A program made the position numbers and the translations under genes. The notes beneath the pieces are model-generated. The model searched no databases, was not told the origin of the DNA, and saw only the letters and a program-made list of their open reading frames with translations. A DNA stretch of 64,000 nucleotides from Botryllus schlosseri (lineage: Eukaryota), in NCBI GenBank assembly GCA_051294905.1, contig CM119371.1, positions 2,296,001 to 2,360,000 on the forward strand, written 5' to 3'. Below are positions 61,848 to 64,000 of this stretch, piece by piece (the first letter of the stretch is position 1; each line of letters opens with the position of its first letter).

Positions 61848-64000
61848 AGTTCTAGTTGCACAATTATAAAATAAACAATTAGAAAACACGCGTTTTCCTA
61901 TGAAAAAAATCATGATACCGGTGTTCTGTCGTGATAGGTTCTTGCGGTCATCACTACTGTCAGGGCATAGCCTGGGTTTGAGGGTCGAAACTCCTGCCAT
62001 TTGACGCTCGAAACCAGTTCCTACAAAATGCAGTTTCTATCTCATTTGCAACGCAAAGTTTGTATTATAATCAGAGTTAGATGTGTTTTATTTAGATAGT
62101 ATGGGATTTCCAAAGGCCGTTTGGTCTACATGTAGGCCTACTTGTAGTTGCAAGTTTTGCAATAGCCGCAATAGTGAATTAAAACTAAACACGGACACAT
62201 CTACTTACATTTTCGTCTAAATGCAGCACGTCGACACAGTTTGTCGCTTCTTCCGAGGTCTGGAATTGGACGAGAGCACCATCCTTTGGTCATTTTTCTC
62301 CGATTCAACTCCCGAAATAACCGTCTCGTGTCGATTCGGTCCATATTTCGCAAATTTCGCGGTCTTTTGGGGTATTTTAGACTTAAAAGAAGGACAAATT
62401 GCAAAAAAGGTGGAATTTTGGGCGAAGGGAGAAGAGTTCTTGAAAAAGGAGGACCAATCCTCCTAGATGTGGACGCATAGTTAGACGTTTATGCTTTCTA
62501 CTTGAGAAGCCTTACGGACTACTTTGACCACCTCAGCATACCGTCCACTTTTCCACTTATTGTGACGTCAGGGTCAAAATTTGAGTGCGTCACACATATA
62601 TTCCTCACCATGTTAGTTATGAAAGCACACAACAATCTTCACTACCCAAGAAACGTGGACTGCAGATTTGTACGAACTACCAATCTAGTTAGTTGACAGT
62701 AAACTAACTACTGGCTTTTTTGAGTAGTTCTAGTTGTAGCTGCAAGTTTTGTAAACTGAGCAGTCCTAGTTCTAGTTTCAAGTTTTGAATATCCAGTGGT
62801 TCGCACATGACTGGTAGACTACTGACTAGCAATACAAGGAGACACGTTACAAAATAAGCTCTACCTTGGCATAGAAAATCCGAGAAAGCCTTGGCCGAAC
62901 CGTCTTCCGAAACATCGAGACAGATTTTGAACAAATACAGTCCGTACTTTGCGACCACCGTGAGACGTCTTAGAAACGTGTTTCTTCTTGGACTCGACAT
63001 CTGAAAGCAAGCAAGCACTAAAGCCAAGCACACATAGCATGCGCTTGATATTGCGTTTACTGGCCTCTCACGGGTGTATCTATTTAGCCAATGTCGTGAA
63101 CTCTATTACTTCTGCAGCATTAATGCCGGCAACTATACCGACGCGAGAGACACGACGCATATTTTCGTTTGTATAGTTATATTATGATGAATTGCGCAAA
63201 ATCAGGGCAGTTTTATGCTACCTGAAAGAATGGGTAGAGAGATATAAATGTATAGAGGAGACAACCAGATGGAGATAGATGATAGACTTATCTCAATAAT
63301 ATTTTGTGATATCACGATATGGGCGGCGCAAAATTTATCACCATCACAAAGGGGGTAGTGCTTGAGAGCCTCTGGTTTAGTGCAGCGGTTTCATCACATT
63401 TTAGAGCGCTACCAAATTTTGTGTTAGTTTACATCTCACGACCCAAGCTTCGCACCTCGTAAAAATGCATTTCTGACACAATTAAGCCTATGCAACGTTT
63501 TACGAGCATGTATGAATAAGAGAAGGTGCTGAAAAAACACATTCAATAATTAAGAACATTTACTTTTTTTGAGTACTTGAGTAGATTTTTTCTGCTTCCA
63601 ATCTACTTTACAATGTTTAGGAAGAACAAATTACTTTTTACAGCTTGGGATTTATAAACTAGTATGTGGTTTTGGGATAGGTTCCCAGCACTTCTATGTA
63701 TAAATTTCCATAACGGTTTAAGTAGCGTCTGTATCAAGGTAATTAAATATATCTATCAAAATGGCACCAATAATTGATAATATTTCTCGGCTCATTTTCA
63801 ATTCAGTAATTTGCATTATCAGTGGTGTCCATAAGCGACAAGCGACAGTGTACAGCGACACACAATTCGGTTAGTTAGTTGCAGATCTTCAAAGGCCATA
63901 GTTCAGTTCTCGGAAAGTAGCGCACCAATTACATTGTTCCTTTGAAAGAGATTTACTTGCATATGCAATCACCATTTCTTCGCCATCTTAAAGCTGTGAC

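Larger units (their letters stand above)
49440..63000 (-). pseudogene. RBM28: Intron-containing RBM28/Nop4-like (multi-RRM nucleolar protein) pseudogene; main exons 63000-62865, 62462-62209, 61159-61010, 56842-56685, 55142-54925, 49827 to about 49440
   Basis: Exons give RTVFVQNL; KFAKYGPI..MTKGCALVQFQTSEEATNCV; DNRNVY.GR..LVRP|GTRAAEGL...KREK; VSAT*LYFDNLPRSVNGKKLE|ELLL; GRPL*YAFINIAKHEHAWKATKSFDDNPGIFVPIKRPMVEF. These match recalled RBM28 motifs [32 protein letters not shown] and LGYAFAEFQEHEHALKAL..NNPEIFGPLKRPIVEF. Many stops and frameshifts. Confidence 0.85.

Overview
Eukaryotic, AT-rich, intron-containing DNA from an invertebrate. An ascidian or similar animal is plausible, but the species cannot be fixed from sequence alone. 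Most of the window is non-autonomous DNA transposons that resolve by terminal inverted repeats (TIRs) and target-site duplications (TSDs) into three nests: about 2.5-8.9 kb (5 levels), 11.7-26.4 kb (6 levels) and 26.8-37.3 kb (4 levels). Two unrelated CACTA/EnSpm elements (15193-24827, 28444-35022) each carry a decayed, spliced 'Samd3-like' cargo gene and no visible transposase. A foldback-type Mutator/Rehavkus-like element (20906-24265) carries a spliced Ulp1/SENP protease + PHD finger remnant. The right third holds an intron-containing, partly duplicated RBM28/Nop4 pseudogene. The only apparently intact coding sequence is the first two exons of a minus-strand gene (11439-11361, 9149-8997); exon 2 encodes an N/I/V/G-rich segment resembling RHIM or amyloid-signalling motifs. 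Nearly all ORFs in the supplied track are spurious. Translations and family calls were made by eye, with no database searches.
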